NCBI GenBank assembly: GCA_013239625.1
Contig: MU053379.1
Coordinates: 2,338,866 to 2,402,865 of the forward strand
Source of the DNA: Lama guanicoe
Taxonomy: Eukaryota
Direction: 5' to 3'
Length of the DNA: 64,000 bases
The notes beneath the pieces were generated by a model. That model saw only the letters and a list, made by a program, of their open reading frames with translations, did no database searches and had not been told where the DNA came from. Below are positions 23,461 to 37,229 of this stretch, piece after piece (positions within the stretch are counted from its first letter, which is position 1; each line of letters begins with the position of its first letter). Made by a program: the position numbers and the translations under genes.

Positions 23461-26400
23461 GGGTAAAAACATCTTTACAACAGTCCAAAACTCTGATCAG
23501 AAAATTCCATTTCATTCAAGTCAGAAACTTAAATTTAAAACAAAAAAAGAGAGGTAAACACATGCAGCTGAGCCCCACCCCGCACCCCTGGGTGGTGTTG
23601 GAAGGGGTGGAAACGTGCCTTGGTCTTGCCCACCTCACCCTCAGCTGAAGCATCTTCCCTTGGGTGGTCCAGAGGCCTCCCTCTCTTGGTTCATCTAGGA
23701 AATGCCCCGCACAGGTGGCATCTGCAGGTTCTGTTCTGGTTCGATGGGGCTTTTTCTTTATCAGTGTGTGCTCTACTTTATGCCAAGATCTTTGAACATT
23801 TGCTAAGCTGATCATGAATAGCTGAAATTCCACCTGTTTCGGAGAACTCATGCTCATCTTTCTGAAGCCGTTCTGGTCCAGGCATATTTGATGGAAAGGA
23901 ACATAAATCTGCCCAAACTAGTCAAGAAAAGGGGACACTTACTGTCAGGACACAAGACGCTCTGAATTGTGGCGCTGCCAGGCCTGGTGGGACGTTACAG
24001 CCATCACCCCGAGGCCAAGACTCAGACTCTCAGTGGCGCGTGGGCGTTCTCCCCTCCTCCGCACCTGTGAGCCGGGGCTCCCATAGCTGCTCACTCAGGG
24101 TATCTGCTCCTCAAAAACTAAGCTGGCTTAGGGCTCACAACCCAGCTCTTATGCATAAGCACCTGCCCTGCGCCTCTCAACTAAGAATTTTGAGCAGAAG
24201 ATTCTGCTTCGTCTGAGAACAGCCGGTGAATTACTAGCTTGGGCCAGTTATGACACCGCGGCTTTGTGCCATCAGTTGAGAGGGCGGGGCACCTGGGCAA
24301 GGAGAGCAGATCCGGGGGCGCTGGAGAACGGAAGCGCTTACATCCCAGCTGAGGGGAGCGGGAGAGCAGCCCGCAGCGCCCCTGCTGGAACGGCCGCTCC
24401 CGCTCACCGCGACGCTAGCCGTCCGCGTTTTACGCAGAACGCCTGGCTGTGTTGAGTTGCCGGGGGTAGCACGCCCGTCCCGTGCCCCGTGGGTGCTGGC
24501 GTTCCCCTGCATGCGGCCTGGCTCCACCCGCCAGCTTGGCCGGAGGGCTCTCTTTGGCCCCAGAGCCCATTCTCCCTTCGCCAGGGGTGCGCCGGGGGTG
24601 CTGGTGGATCACGGCCGCCTGGGGGCGGCTCTCAACCATTCCCTGGGGGGAGCTGGACAAGGACCCCAGCTCCCTGGTCCCTCGGTTGGGACGGTCTGAG
24701 GAGTGGTCTACACTGGCTGTCAGGGTTCCCTTCCCAGTCGCCGACACTGGCTGCTTGCTTGGTGATGCACTTCGTACTGGCTGTCCTTCCTCCCAGTGTA
24801 ACATCCCGTGTCCCCAGCCAGGGTGTCCCGACGGCACGTCTCACAGACTGCCTGGACACGAATTCTGGACTCGGGGTCTCTGGACACAGTGTGTTCAAGT
24901 GTTTAGAACGTGTATTCCTTAATCTGTGTATCTGTGGTGTAGTCTGTATCTGCGAGCTGCCAGACTAAACCCCCAGGTAAAGCCAGCCGCGTCCGCAGAG
25001 GCCTTCAGTGACGGCCAGGGAGCCCTGGAGGGGAGCTGTGCACCCCAGGGCTCACAGGCTGACAGGTACCCCTGCCATGGTGTCCCGTCCCTGGTGTCTT
25101 TAGGGTTAAGGGTTGATGTCCCTTATGGGACTTCTCCATTGTACGTGTGAAGTCACCGCATCTGTCTGCTTGGTATGACTACTTACCACGTGAGGTTTCT
25201 CAGATGAGGAGGTTGAAATACACATATTTTTAAGGTGTCGAAAGAGAATGACGGGGGTCGCCCCCCTCCCTTCTCAGCCCTGTTGCAGGCAGGCAGAGTG
25301 CACCAGCCCCGAGGCCTGAGTCATGCCCAGGAGGAGCTGTCACCCAGAGGGACCTGGAGAAGCAGCAGGCTGATTCTTGGTGGCCCGAGGGATGGAACGA
25401 GGGCATCGGGTCGGAGGTGAGAGGGGTGGTCTCCCGCCCGAGGGCAGGAGGAATTTCTTACAGCAGAGCTTCCTGCCTGTGTCCGGGGCACATTCGTTGC
25501 CCCAGGGAGGCATCCACACCTCGGCTGTGGTGGGCATCGGCAGACCTTCTGGATGGTGGCTGCGGCCAGAGCTTCTGTAAGACGTCCGTTTTCCAAGGAC
25601 GAAAGGGATGGACGTCCCCTGGAAATTAGCCCCAGTTACAGGCCACTCCTGTACTGTTTCACCCCTGAGCACCATGCTTAAGAAAAAGAAGAAAAATTTT
25701 TTGATTATCCGTGGTTATTGTGCACATTTAAAAGCACGGTTACTGAGGAAGGGGGCTGGGACTTCAGTTCTTTGCTTCAGATTTTTTTCCTTCCCACAAA
25801 CTAGTTTCTCTTTTCCATGAAGAGTTTTCACGATCTTAAAACTGGTAGAAGTTTGGCTAATGACAGAGAGAAAATCAGTGCTGATCAGTGATACCAGAGG
25901 CTCAAAGAAAAATAATTTTAAATTCATGTAATTTGAATTGTCAAGCCAGAGCCTGGAATAGAGTTTTTTGGTCCAACTTGTAAAATCCAGGGTAATACAA
26001 AGATAATTATGGAAATATTCAGAGACCTTCCCTGGATCCAGACGCAGGACCGCCCCACTGGCTTTTACCTCTTAGTAAAGACAAAAGCATTCAAAGGAGA
26101 GGACCTGCCGTCACCGGAGCCACTCAAGGAAGGAGCTGGGAGAAAAGGTGACAGGACTGGCCTCGACCTGACAGGTCCCCAGGGGTGAGTCATTTTCTCC
26201 TACTTCAGCCAGTTTGGCTGTAAACGAGTCATAATAATGAGATGTTGTTTACTGAGAACTGACGTCCACTTTGTCTCGCTTCACACAACTGCTGGAAAGG
26301 AGGGGGAGGGAGGGAGCGATCAGAAAGCTTCCGTGGCCGAGCCAGCAGCGGGGGTGAGAGGCCTCGGCGCAGATGAGCCAGGTCTCTTTCCAATCAGTCG

Positions 26401-27091
26401 CGGGATTGATGGGATCAGGTAGCATCCAGGGATGTCGGTGTGAGCGGCACTGCTGCTGCTTCGTGAGTTTGCGCTGGTGACCTGGGGCGAATGAAATAGG
26501 AAGGGAATAGGCTGATTAAATCAACCAAGGTGGAGGGGTTGGGAGGGTCCATCTCCGATGTGTTCTGTCTTGCTTGATACGGCCTGGAGCCGGACAGAGC
26601 CGACGCTGGAATTTTGCCAGTGACTTAACTCGGCTCCGTGAGTCAGTGAACTGGAAATCGGACACGGGGTGGCCCAGCCCCCGTCGGCCAGCCTGCAGCC
26701 CAGGTCCAGGTGGAGGCGCCCCTGCGCCCAGCCGCAGCGGCTCCGGTGGAGTGGGCTGGGAAGCCGGCCTGGAGTGGTCTTGCTCAGAGGCAGTCCACAA
26801 CAGCCTGGAGCCAGGCAGACGGCGGAGTGAGTCCTTGCTGCTGAAATTCCAGGACAGACTTCACCTCCGCTGTTGCTCTGGGGGCCACGTGGAAGCCACC
26901 GAGAGGCTCCCCCCAAGTGGCAGAGCCTGGTGTTGTGGGAGAGGGAGGGACAGACACTTCCTGCCTTTGTCCTTTATTTAGCTGGCCTGCAGCGACCAGC
27001 TTCGTTTACATTCCCCCAGTGGTGTTATTGAAAAGGCTTGGCAGCTCCAAAGTGTTTGCAGTGTCCTTTAGTCCCATTAGGGCTCCCGCTT

Positions 27092-27094
<3 letters not shown>

Positions 27095-27126
<32 letters not shown>

Positions 27127-27153
27127 CNNNNNNNNNNTTTTTTTTTTTTTTTT
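27095..27153. other. Assembly gap (10 N at 27128-27137) inside a long poly(T) tract
   Basis: Run of n flanked by poly-T on both sides. Confidence 0.98.
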
Positions 27154-30100
27154 GCTAGCTTTCAGCTAGCATCTGGAAGGAGCCACCCGGCGCACTGGGC
27201 TCCTTTTTCAAGAATCCGCTCTCCCGTTCAGGGAAACCAGGAAAGGAGCAAGCGTCCACCGTCCAGGTCAGGAGGAATTGTACATCCTCTCCAACTACGG
27301 TACCTTTTCTCTTTCTTTGTCCAGCCTGTTACTGGGGTGGTTTTAGGACCGAACTGCTAGTGTGACCCCTCAGGGGGAGGGGTGGGAACCACACATGGAA
27401 AGAAAGTCTGCTTTTAAACTGTATTAAATTTCTGTCTGTGTTAAGGTGTTAGAGGCTATGGTCTGGGAAGGAAACTCTTGCTACAGCAGGAAAGACCTTA
27501 AAGCCAGACTTCTCTGGGGCCCTTCAGAACTTTATTTGAAAAAATTGGAGTGATGTGGGATGTGCTGTCCGCTTGGGTTTCGTCCTGTGGGAGGACCTGC
27601 CAGGGCACTTGGCAGCCTGTCCTCGTCACCTGCCCTCATCTCCACCCCGAAGCAGCCTTTCCAAGAAGTCGGGGTGCCACCTGCATCTTCTTGAAGAGGC
27701 AGGATGGCTCTGCCGGCCCCACTCGGCATCCAAACCCGGTGCTCCCTGGGGGACCACTGAGGCGGGGGAGCAGCTCTTCAGGCAGCCAGTTAAACCAGTA
27801 AACTCCTGGAGTCCAAACTGCTGCGTTGAGATAGGCAAAACTCACTGCCTGTCTGGCCCATCAGAAAGGGTTTGTGTACGGAAAACTTCTGAGCAGAACA
27901 AAGAGACTTGGGTCTGGAATGAGGAATGACGCCTTGGCTCTGGCCGAGCTGCTCCTGAACTGCTGTGCGATGTCAGGTTCCTTGACGAGAAAGCTTCTGG
28001 AAGAAAAGAATTAACAGGCGTTACGTTTGGTTTCGAGGCGTGTACATTTTTTATGTGTGTGTTTCTGGGTGGAAACAGTCAATCATTTGCTCTCCAAGGT
28101 TACAGCGTGGTTCTTGTTCTGCTCTTTGTTCGGAAGGCAGCGCTGTGTTTTCCTCCTGGAGTCGCTCCAATACCCGGACTTTGCTAGTAAGTGATGGACT
28201 TCAAAGGGCTTGGAGCGGGGGCTCCTCCGTTCAGTGGCTGAGCCCGAGAACAGGAACCTCAGAGTCAGCAAGGGTCGCCTTGGAGAGCTCACCGTCTCCC
28301 CAGGCTTTTGGAACATTGACCTTCATCCCAGCGGGATGGCGGGTGGAAAGAATCACGGGGAAGACACCTGTGAACCTTTAAAGTGACCGGGCCATGGAGA
28401 AGTGACTAAAATGGGTGACAGCTCCGGAAGGAGGGGTGGCTGTGGCTGCATTCTTGTTTTCCTCGATGGAATTCCGCGGGCCCTCGCAGCCCACTGTGAC
28501 TGTGAAAGGAGAGACGGATCGGGGCTGAAACGAGCCTCACCCCAGAGATCGCTGGTTACTGACGCCTGCAGTTCTCTGCAAAGTAATGATGCTTTTCCGC
28601 TTGTTGAAATGCCCCTCTGGTGCTGCTGGCTCTCTGTCCCCCGGCTAATAATGAAACAGCCTCAGCAAGCTGGCAGCAGCTACTGTGACTTCGGTGGCTT
28701 CCCGCCCCATCCCTGCAGCTGAACCCCTTTTAATGTCCCCAGATGTGTTTTCCTTTCATGTTTCCTTGTTTGTCCTTGCACTGTGCTGGTCAGGATTGGA
28801 CCAGCTACATCGTGCATGCTGTGTGGCCAGGAGGGCAGTTTTATAATTACTCTTGGTCCTGGAGGACGGTTCCGGGTTGCTCCCCGACGCATCCTCCAGG
28901 CACGCTGGGCAGGGCGAGGCCAGCTGCCTGGGTGTGCGTGTGTTTTTCTCAGAAGAGGACATTGAAGGTGTTGTAGCCAAGAGGGACGATTATTGGGTTT
29001 GAGACTCGAGTGAGGGAAATTCCAGGCCCAAATAGCCATGGTTATGATTCAGAATCCTATCAGGCCCTTAAATTCTCCTCCACGTTCCAAAGTCCACCCC
29101 CCTCCATGGGCCATCTTGGAGCTGTTTACACACTGTTTCTTACACAAACTGATCTCTGTAAACAGGAACACAGGGTTTCATTCCAGGCTTTGATTTCTAA
29201 AGAGAAAACAGGGATTGATTGCCAGCGCCCTTGTGTTGACCTTGCCTGGGGGGAGAGGGCTGGCATGGCTAATAATGACCTCATCCCATTCTTGCAGGAT
29301 TTCCTGGGACCTGCAGGGCCTCATTCTTCCGCCATCCCTCTGTAATCAGCCACATTAAGTCCATGAGCTTTGGAGCAGATTACAGTGACATCTAAAGTTG
29401 TCCCTTTGGGACTTGAGCGTGAGGTCAAGCAAACACACAAAGCAATCACTCTGCTTTCTGCAGGCCCGGAGACCTGCGTCAGCTGGAAAAGCGGGTGGTA
29501 GGGCCGTGAGGTGGGGCACAGTCTAGGAACCGTGCCGCCCGAGACAGGAAATGGGCCTGAAAGGAGATGGAAGGCTTGGGTGGGAAATACAGTGGCATTC
29601 AGTGGTTGATGGAAAAAGATCTTGGCAGGACTGTTGTTGTGAGTGTTCTGTGGCTTAGAAAGGAATTTCCTACAGGCTGGACTAACCATTTAAAATGTCT
29701 CTACCTTCAGGAGTCCCAGGCGTGCTGTGGAGCCCTGCTGGGGAGATGTCGGCTTGGACCATGGGCGCCCGCAGTCTGGACAAGCGAGGAAGTTTCTTTA
29801 AGGTAAAAGGAAGCCTCGGTTGGGGTGGCTCACGGGCGGCTTGCCCCCTGTGCCCAGCTGCCCCGAGAGCTGTGGATGCTGCGGACAGCGGCAGGGAGAA
29901 GCCTGGCCGGGAGACTTGCCCGAGCCCAGCTGTGCGCTGCTCTCGGGTTTCCAAGTAGGTGGGGGCTTCTGTGAGTCAGTGCTTCACAGCCCAGGACCCG
30001 GGCACCTGGAGATGCCACCCTTTGTGAGACGATCGCAGCCACCTCTCTTTGTCAGCTGCTCAGCAGGTCCTTTTTCAGCCGGTGGTTTTTGACGGGAGTG

Positions 30101-31701
30101 GACTTGGCATTGGGGTGAATCTGTGTAGGTGCCTGTGCTTCACACTTGGCTTGAGTGTGTGAGTCACTTAAGGGCTCATTGAAAAAAAGAGAGACCTGCA
30201 CATTATTCCTGGGCCTCGCCCTAGACGGACTGGGTGTTTTTGCCTGTGTGTTTTATCAAACTCCTCCCACGATCAGGCTGCAGAGAACCGAGGAGCTTGG
30301 TGAAAACTGTGCTGCGTGTCTGTGCGCGGGCTGATGTCCGCGGGGCGCCTGGCGCGGGTGACGAGCTTCAGCGGGTGTTTTCCGTCCCCCGCGTGTGTAT
30401 GTGGTTGAAATCCAGACTGGGCGAGCATGTCTGCTGTGCACTTGGGAATTAGTCTTCTTCTTAGGGCCTTTGCTTTGTGTCCTCTCACTCACCCTCAAAA
30501 TAATGCAGACTCGTTGTTGAACATTTGGAAACTACCGAGTCACATAGAAGAGGAGAGACATGGAGGTAAAGTGTGCATTTGCACCTGTCGCCGGCAGGTG
30601 TTCGAACTCCAGGTCATTTCCTCAAAGGAGCGATGAAATCGGGGCCTCTGAACCTTATCGCTGAGGGAAACTGACGGTGTTTACTAACTGCCCCGCCTTG
30701 CTGGGCGGCAAGTACACACGAACTCACATTTACGTGCTTCCTGTTTCCAGGAGCCCAAACCTGACTTACTGTGTCAGTTCTGGGCTCCACAGATTCCATG
30801 GGAAGAGCTGGTTGGTAAAGCAAAGCCAAGTTCATGCTGGCAACTGCGGTCAAGGACGACATTGCCAGCACGCGGGCCTGTTGTGTCTGCGCAGGAGGAG
30901 GCCAGGAGGCATATTTGTAGGGTCTAGAGGTCCAGACCCAAATCCTTTAAGCTGCATTTTTCCAGACAGAGAATTACCTGGGTTTCAGCCGAGTTTGTGA
31001 CATAATATAGCTGAGGACTGGTGGGTACAGCAAGCTAAGGGTCTGTAAGGGGTCTTGGCGAGTGAACCATTCTTAAGCTGTGTTCCCAGGTGAGAAGACT
31101 GTTTGCCAGGATCGACTGCTTTGTAGGAATTTCCTGCCGTGAACAGCGAAGTTATTTGTTGGTTTACAATCACTTCCTGGAAGAAATCGTTACGTTGTGT
31201 TGACACAGATGGTCTCGATTCCCAGTCCTAATAGTTAAGCTTTGTGAATGTATTTGTCTCTGTAACCCGCTGACTCGACTCCAATCAAAGCTGTGTAACG
31301 TCCGCCACCAGAGGCACAGGAGGCCCCCCTGCGCCCCCCCAAGCATCCTGTCTCCCAGGCACTAACCCGCCAGGCTCCTGACTCATCTCTGGTTCCTGGA
31401 GCCTGTCTTATGCTGAGATGCTCATTTCATCCTGGTCAAAGGGATGAACCCAAACCCCCCCCTTAACCCAAGGCACTGCCTGCATCAGCCTGAATATTGG
31501 CTAGTCCATAATTACCACCTTATGCTCAGGAAGTGCAGAGGGGCTAAGCTCACAGAGTAGTTAGATTTTAAAGTTCAAGCAAAAGGGGAAAATGGGGTAG
31601 AGTTGGAATGGCCTTGGAGATAATGCTCTTATGATGATGATGATTGTGATACAGGATTAGTGGTATCACTAGCAATAATAATAACTTTTATGGCAAAGGA
31701 G

Positions 31702-32951
31702 TTTTTAAAATTGAAGTAGAGTTGGCTTACAGTGTTGTGTCAGTTTCTGGTGCACAGCATAGTGATTCAGTTATACATGTATATATATGTTCCTTTTCGT
31801 ATTCTTTTTCATTATAGGCCATTATAAGGCATTGAATATAGTTCCCTGTGCTGTACAGTAAGTCCTTGTTGTTTATCTGCTTTATATACAGTAGTGTGTA
31901 TCTGCAAATTCAAAACTCCCAGTTTATCTATCCCCATCCCCTTCCCCCCCCCACCCCCGGTAACTGTAAGTTTGTTCTCTGTAGGTCTGTGAGTCTGTAT
32001 CTGTTTTGTAAATAAATTCATTTGCATCCTTTTCTTTAGGTTCCACATATGAGCAATTTTATATTGTATTTTTCTTTCTCTTTCTGGCTTACTTCACTTA
32101 GTATGACGATCTGTAGGTCCATCCATGTTGCTGCAGATGGCATTATTTCATTCTTTTTTATGACTGAGTAGTATTCCGTTGTATAAATATATCACAACTT
32201 TTTTATTCAGTTATTTGTTGATGGACATTTAGGTTGCTTCCATGTCTAGACTATTGTAAATGGTGTTGCTACAAACACTGGGGTGCATGTGTCTTTTTGA
32301 ATTAGAGTTCCCTCTGGATATATGCCCAGGAGTGGGATTGCTGGATCATAGGGTAAGTTTATCTTTAGTTTTTTGAGGAATCTCCATACTGTTTTCCATA
32401 AAGGCTGCACTCAACTACATTGCCAACAGTGTAGGAGGGTTCCCTTTTCTCCACACTCTTTCCAGCATTTGTCATTTGTGGACTTTTGATTGATGGCCAT
32501 TCTGACTGCTGTGAGGTGATACCTCCTAGTTTTGATTTGCATTTCCCTGATAATTAATGATATTGAGCATTTTTCATGTGCCTATTGGCCATCTTATGCC
32601 TTCGTTGGAGAAATGCTTGTTTAGGTCTTCTGCCCATTTTGGGATTGGGTTGTTTGTTTTTTTGTTATTGAGTTGTATGAGCTGTTTGTATATTCTGGAA
32701 ATTAAGCCCTTGGCAGCCTCATCGTTTGCAAATATTTTCTGCCATTCCGTAGGTTGTCTTTTTGTTTTGCTCCTGGTTTCCTTTGTTGTGCAAAAGTTTG
32801 TAAGTTTAGTTAGGTCCCATTTATTTATTTTTGCTTTTATTTCTATTGCCTGGGTAGGCTGCACTGGGAGAGCATTGCAGAGATGTATGTTAGAGAACGT
32901 TATGCCTACTTTTCTTCTAGGAGGTTTATAGTGTCTTTTCTTATGTTTAAG
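31702..32951 (-). mobile_element. 5'-truncated LINE-1, ~1.25 kb
   Basis: ORF 32574-32954(-) contains [21 protein letters not shown]...[11 protein letters not shown]...[11 protein letters not shown] (L1 ORF2); 3' UTR lies to the left. Confidence 0.97.
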
Positions 32952-33009
32952 CACAACGACTATTCCTGTTATTATCAGTTATTCTGTACCCTCTAGGTAC
33001 CAAGAGTAG

Positions 33010-33200
33010 GGTTTTTCTCATATTCCAGATACCATTTTATTTAATCCTTTTGATACATTTATGAAAGGGGTGTTTATTATTATTCCCATTTTATAGATGA
33101 CGAAACCAACACAGAGAGGTCATTTCTCGCTCAAGATTGCACAGGTGCTAATGAGCAAATCTAAGGTTTCATTCTGACTCCCAATCATGTATCCACAACT
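33010..33200 (-). mobile_element. MIR SINE
   Basis: tattattcccattttatagatgacgaaaccaacacagagaggt (MIR core). Confidence 0.75.
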
Positions 33201-36200
33201 GCTATGATCTAGTTTCCTAGGAAACACAACACGCTCTTTCCTCGTTCACTGGGAAATGATCAGAGAAATGGATAATTTCCTACCCATTTCTAGAAAGGGC
33301 ATTGGGGGGCCTGCCTAGCGTGCTCCCCACTGGGCGGCACCGAGGCCACAGTCCGTCCTGTGCCTGCCACAGGTCACCTCCCAGCACGTAGATTTTGTTT
33401 ATGTGAAGGAGCTGATTCCTCAAGGGTGTCCCTGTGCCTGTGAAATTCCAATAAAGAGTATCTTCTCTGTAGGAAAAACAAATTACCTCTGAGAAGTTTT
33501 GAGGCAGGGGCCGTGCTGGACCCAGGACAACCTACTGCTAAGTCCAGTGCGGCCAGTTTTTCCTGCCATCTTGGGAAAAATCGTTGTGTATTTTTTTTTC
33601 TGTTTTTTTTCAGTTGAGTAACAGGCAGTTAGATCACTTGTATTTCTGGGCCATGTCCTAGGAAAGAACCAGTCGAACAGAAGGTGAGAGGCTGCTTGAA
33701 CCCACTGAGGGCAGGTCTGCTTCCTCCCTCTCGAGTCAAATGCCCTCGAGGAAAATGTGTGCGAAGTGGCCGGTTTGTCACTTGACGGTGCTGAGTTTGG
33801 GGGGAGGGGGCTGTCTGTTTGCTTGTTTGCAGAGCTTAGATTGTTCTGTTTACCTAAGTTAGATGCTCCAGGTCCACAATGTGGTTGCTCTGCTTCTTCC
33901 TCTCCTCTTCGATGTAGACGTTGCTGTTCCTCACTATGAAGATTTCATAATTGGTTATTATGGAATAATAGTATTAGTTACTGTAATATCAAGTAAATAA
34001 TATTATTCCTTGTTATGAATTATTCTATAATTTGGGCGTGCAGTTATCTGCAAGGATGAAGTCCAGTGCCATTTGGATGTTTAATACCGACTTTTTGGAA
34101 GTTTGTTATAAAAATGCCAGGGTAGAGCTCGGTTGCTGAGCTGGTTGTCGCTCAGCACAGCCTGGGACCTGCTGGCTCTACCTTCACTTTATTTTCATTC
34201 ACATCAGCTGAGCACCTGGGACCAGCCAGGCTCTGTACTAGGTGCCAGGGAGGGACAAACTGGAAGCCATCCCAGGTTTCGCAGGGCTTTCCGTCTGGTA
34301 CCAAAGGAGGGTATTAATCACATATAATATTAGACACATAATAATAAATCATAAGAGAAAACAGGGCTTCATGTGAGAAGCCAAAGGACTCTGAGGACAT
34401 GTAACCTAAGGGGGGCCCGGAGCAGTCTCTCCCGAGGAAGTGGCCTCGGCTGGATGGCTGGGCTTCGTCTGGGGACTCGGAGGGACCGCCCTGTGCTCCC
34501 ACAGGGCTGCCCTCCACCCACACCGGCGATGCCCTGTGTCCTGCTGGAACCCCTTCGTGAAGCGTGGGAGCTCGTGGTTACGGTCCTGGCTCCCGGCTGA
34601 ATTCCGCATGCTCGTGATCCCTCTCGGTCATTAGGGCTCATGTGATTTTGTGTAAAGCCTAGATAATTGGAAAGCGATCACCAGACCTCATTTCAGCATT
34701 GTCTTCCCCCATCCAGTGTGTGTTTTCAAACCAGAGCTGCCAACCACTGGAAGCGAGCCTTGATCTGTGGCTTCCGTCTTTCCTGGCTTGTGGACATGAC
34801 TCAGACCAGTTGTAGAACGCGAGGGTCCTGGATAACGCGGAAGGCCTGAGCATTCCGGGTGCCCGAGGAGGCCCTGTGGTTACTGTGCCTGTGGGATCCT
34901 GGAAGCCTGGCCACAGAAATCCTGTGTGGGACAAACATGGTCCACCGCCCTTCCCAGCGTCGTCGCTAATGGTCCTCCGCCACCTGTGAGACTCGGCGTC
35001 TTCCTCCCCGCAGGGTCTCTGTGAAAGCACATGGGGGCAGCGGGTGATGCCCTGGACATGGCGGCAGGGTCACCTACAGCTGGCAGACGTCAGGGGCGTG
35101 TCGTGTGAAGGAGACTGTAAGAAGCACATCCTCTAGGCTGGAGGAGGTCCAGGTGGTCCAGGCCGTCATTGTTGATCCCTCCTTTTCCTGGATTCCACGG
35201 TTTCCCAAGCCACCCCATCCCCCTCCCCATCCGGGTGCCCAGTGCTGGCACATCCCCCTCAGGTCTTCAAAGTCCACCCCCTCCTTCCTGTTCCCACACC
35301 CACCTCCCTACTTAGGGTCTCTTTCTTTCATTTGAGGGCCCGACAGATGGTGATGCTCATAACCTGTCTGCAGCACCTCTGATCCTGGTTGGTGGGTTGG
35401 TTGGTTCCTCCCAAACCACCCCACCCGTCCGCATGGCCTACTTACAGACCCTCGGCTCCATGTTGCTCCTGGGAGCAGGTCTGCAGCTCTTCACCTGGAC
35501 GTGAGAGGACTTTCAGGCTGTGCCTCCACGTTCAACTCTTCTTCCTGGTCCTGCCCCCGTGCCCTCCTGGGTCAGCTCCTGTGACCCAAACCTGCTGATG
35601 CCCCCACCCCAGTTGCTGCCCTCCTCCCCTCCCCGCACCTTCCCCACCAGGCTCCCGGGTGCCCTTCCAGGCTGGCTAGACCCCCTCTGGGCATTGACGG
35701 TGGCGCTCACGTGGGCTGAGCTGGGGTCTGCCTGGTGGGAAGAGTGTTACGTTGGCCCCAAGGTAGTGCCAAGAAGTCAGCCTCCATCACAGCGCAGGCT
35801 CTGCCAGAGGCTTTTGTTCTGTCTTTTGTGGCCACGTCCCGGACCCTGAGGGGGAATCCTCTCGTAGTAGAGGATGACGCCAAAAGAGGACCAGTGTGAC
35901 CACCCCTACCCCAGCAACCCCAGGCCAGCCTGCCCTCACTGCCTTGTATTCTGTTCATCAGAAGCCAGGCAAGCTGTGCAGCCCTCTCTGAAGGGATGTC
36001 ATTCGAGGGTGTGAATGCTGGGATGCAGGGCCCCGGAGGACCACAACATAGAGAAACAGTCTGTTCACAAGTATTGTGAGGCTGAAAGAAAGTGCACCAG
36101 AGGGCTGGCTCTGGCCTGAGGGCCGTCAGTGGGAGCTCCTGAGTAGCTGGCGGGGGGATGAGCTCAGCGTGTGGAAAGCTCAGCCTCCCAACCTGCTGGC

Positions 36201-37229
36201 CCCCGGGAGGCTCCATGGTGTGCGTGGGAGGCGGGTGCCCGCTTCTCTTTCTCTTGGGGACCTCGTGTTCAGCAGCGATGGAGCCTGAGTTCCAGCCGAG
36301 CCCTGGTGGCCAGAGGGAAATCGGGGAAACGGGCGGCAAGTTTCTCCAAGGCTTAAGACGGTGCCACGGGTCAGCCCGAGGTCTCCAGAGGACACGGGGA
36401 CCTTAAGGTGTAGAGATGCCTTCTTCCCTTTTCAGGAATAGCTTCTTACTGTTAGCAGATGAGATGCCGGGAGCCTGCTGTCCCAGACAAAAAGGTGTCA
36501 AGGGAGGAACTAGTGTGGGACAGAGTCTTTTTTCTCCTTTGTCTTACCTTCTAAAAAGGAGAATGGCCTGTGCAAAAATCTCTCTCCCACTTTCCTGTAA
36601 TTCTTTTGCATTAGCAATAGAATGTCAAACGATATCATCAGTCATTCACAACTTAGTATAAACTAGGGCTTTCTGAACTCCTAGCTGAGATCAGCCTTGA
36701 GAAGAAGTTTGAGTTCATGTATGTGGAGGAAAGGTTGGAAAAAGGTAAACTGGGGTCTCTGAGGGAAAGACAGGACTCAGGGGCCCACTGTGGGTGGATC
36801 CAGTGGCATGGGCACCAGTCAGCCATGGTGGGAGGGTGTCAGGCAGTAGTAGGTGAAGATACAGATAAACACATCTTCTAGACGGTTTCCAGCACCATTG
36901 CCCGGAACCTGGGGGCTGTGTTGGTCCGCTTGGGCCCTTTATTAGAACACATCTTCCTTCACCACTAAAAGAAAACTTTCTCTGCTCACAACACTTCTGA
37001 CACCAAATGTGCAAACTTTTCCCACACCAACCACTTCTCCAGTTCTCTGTGAATGCCAGTGGGGTGTCCTACAATTTGATTCAATTCTGACTATACATAG
37101 TCAACACAGACCCCCCCCCATCCTCTAAGTTAAGGGGTCAGTCCCACAAGACTGCCCCCCACTTCAGTCTGCAAGGAGTGGGTTTCCAGGTCACCCACAC
37201 TTATGTTCAGCCCGTCCTCAGGTTCTGTA

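Noticed and set aside
27095..27153. Poly(T) as the tail of a hidden retrocopy
   Set aside because: It spans an assembly gap of unknown true size; the flanks show no TSD or recognisable element
32574..32954. L1 ORF2 peptide as a functional CDS (also 1352-1564 and 37425-37709)
   Set aside because: These are 5'-truncated, frameshifted fragments lacking the endonuclease and RT domains
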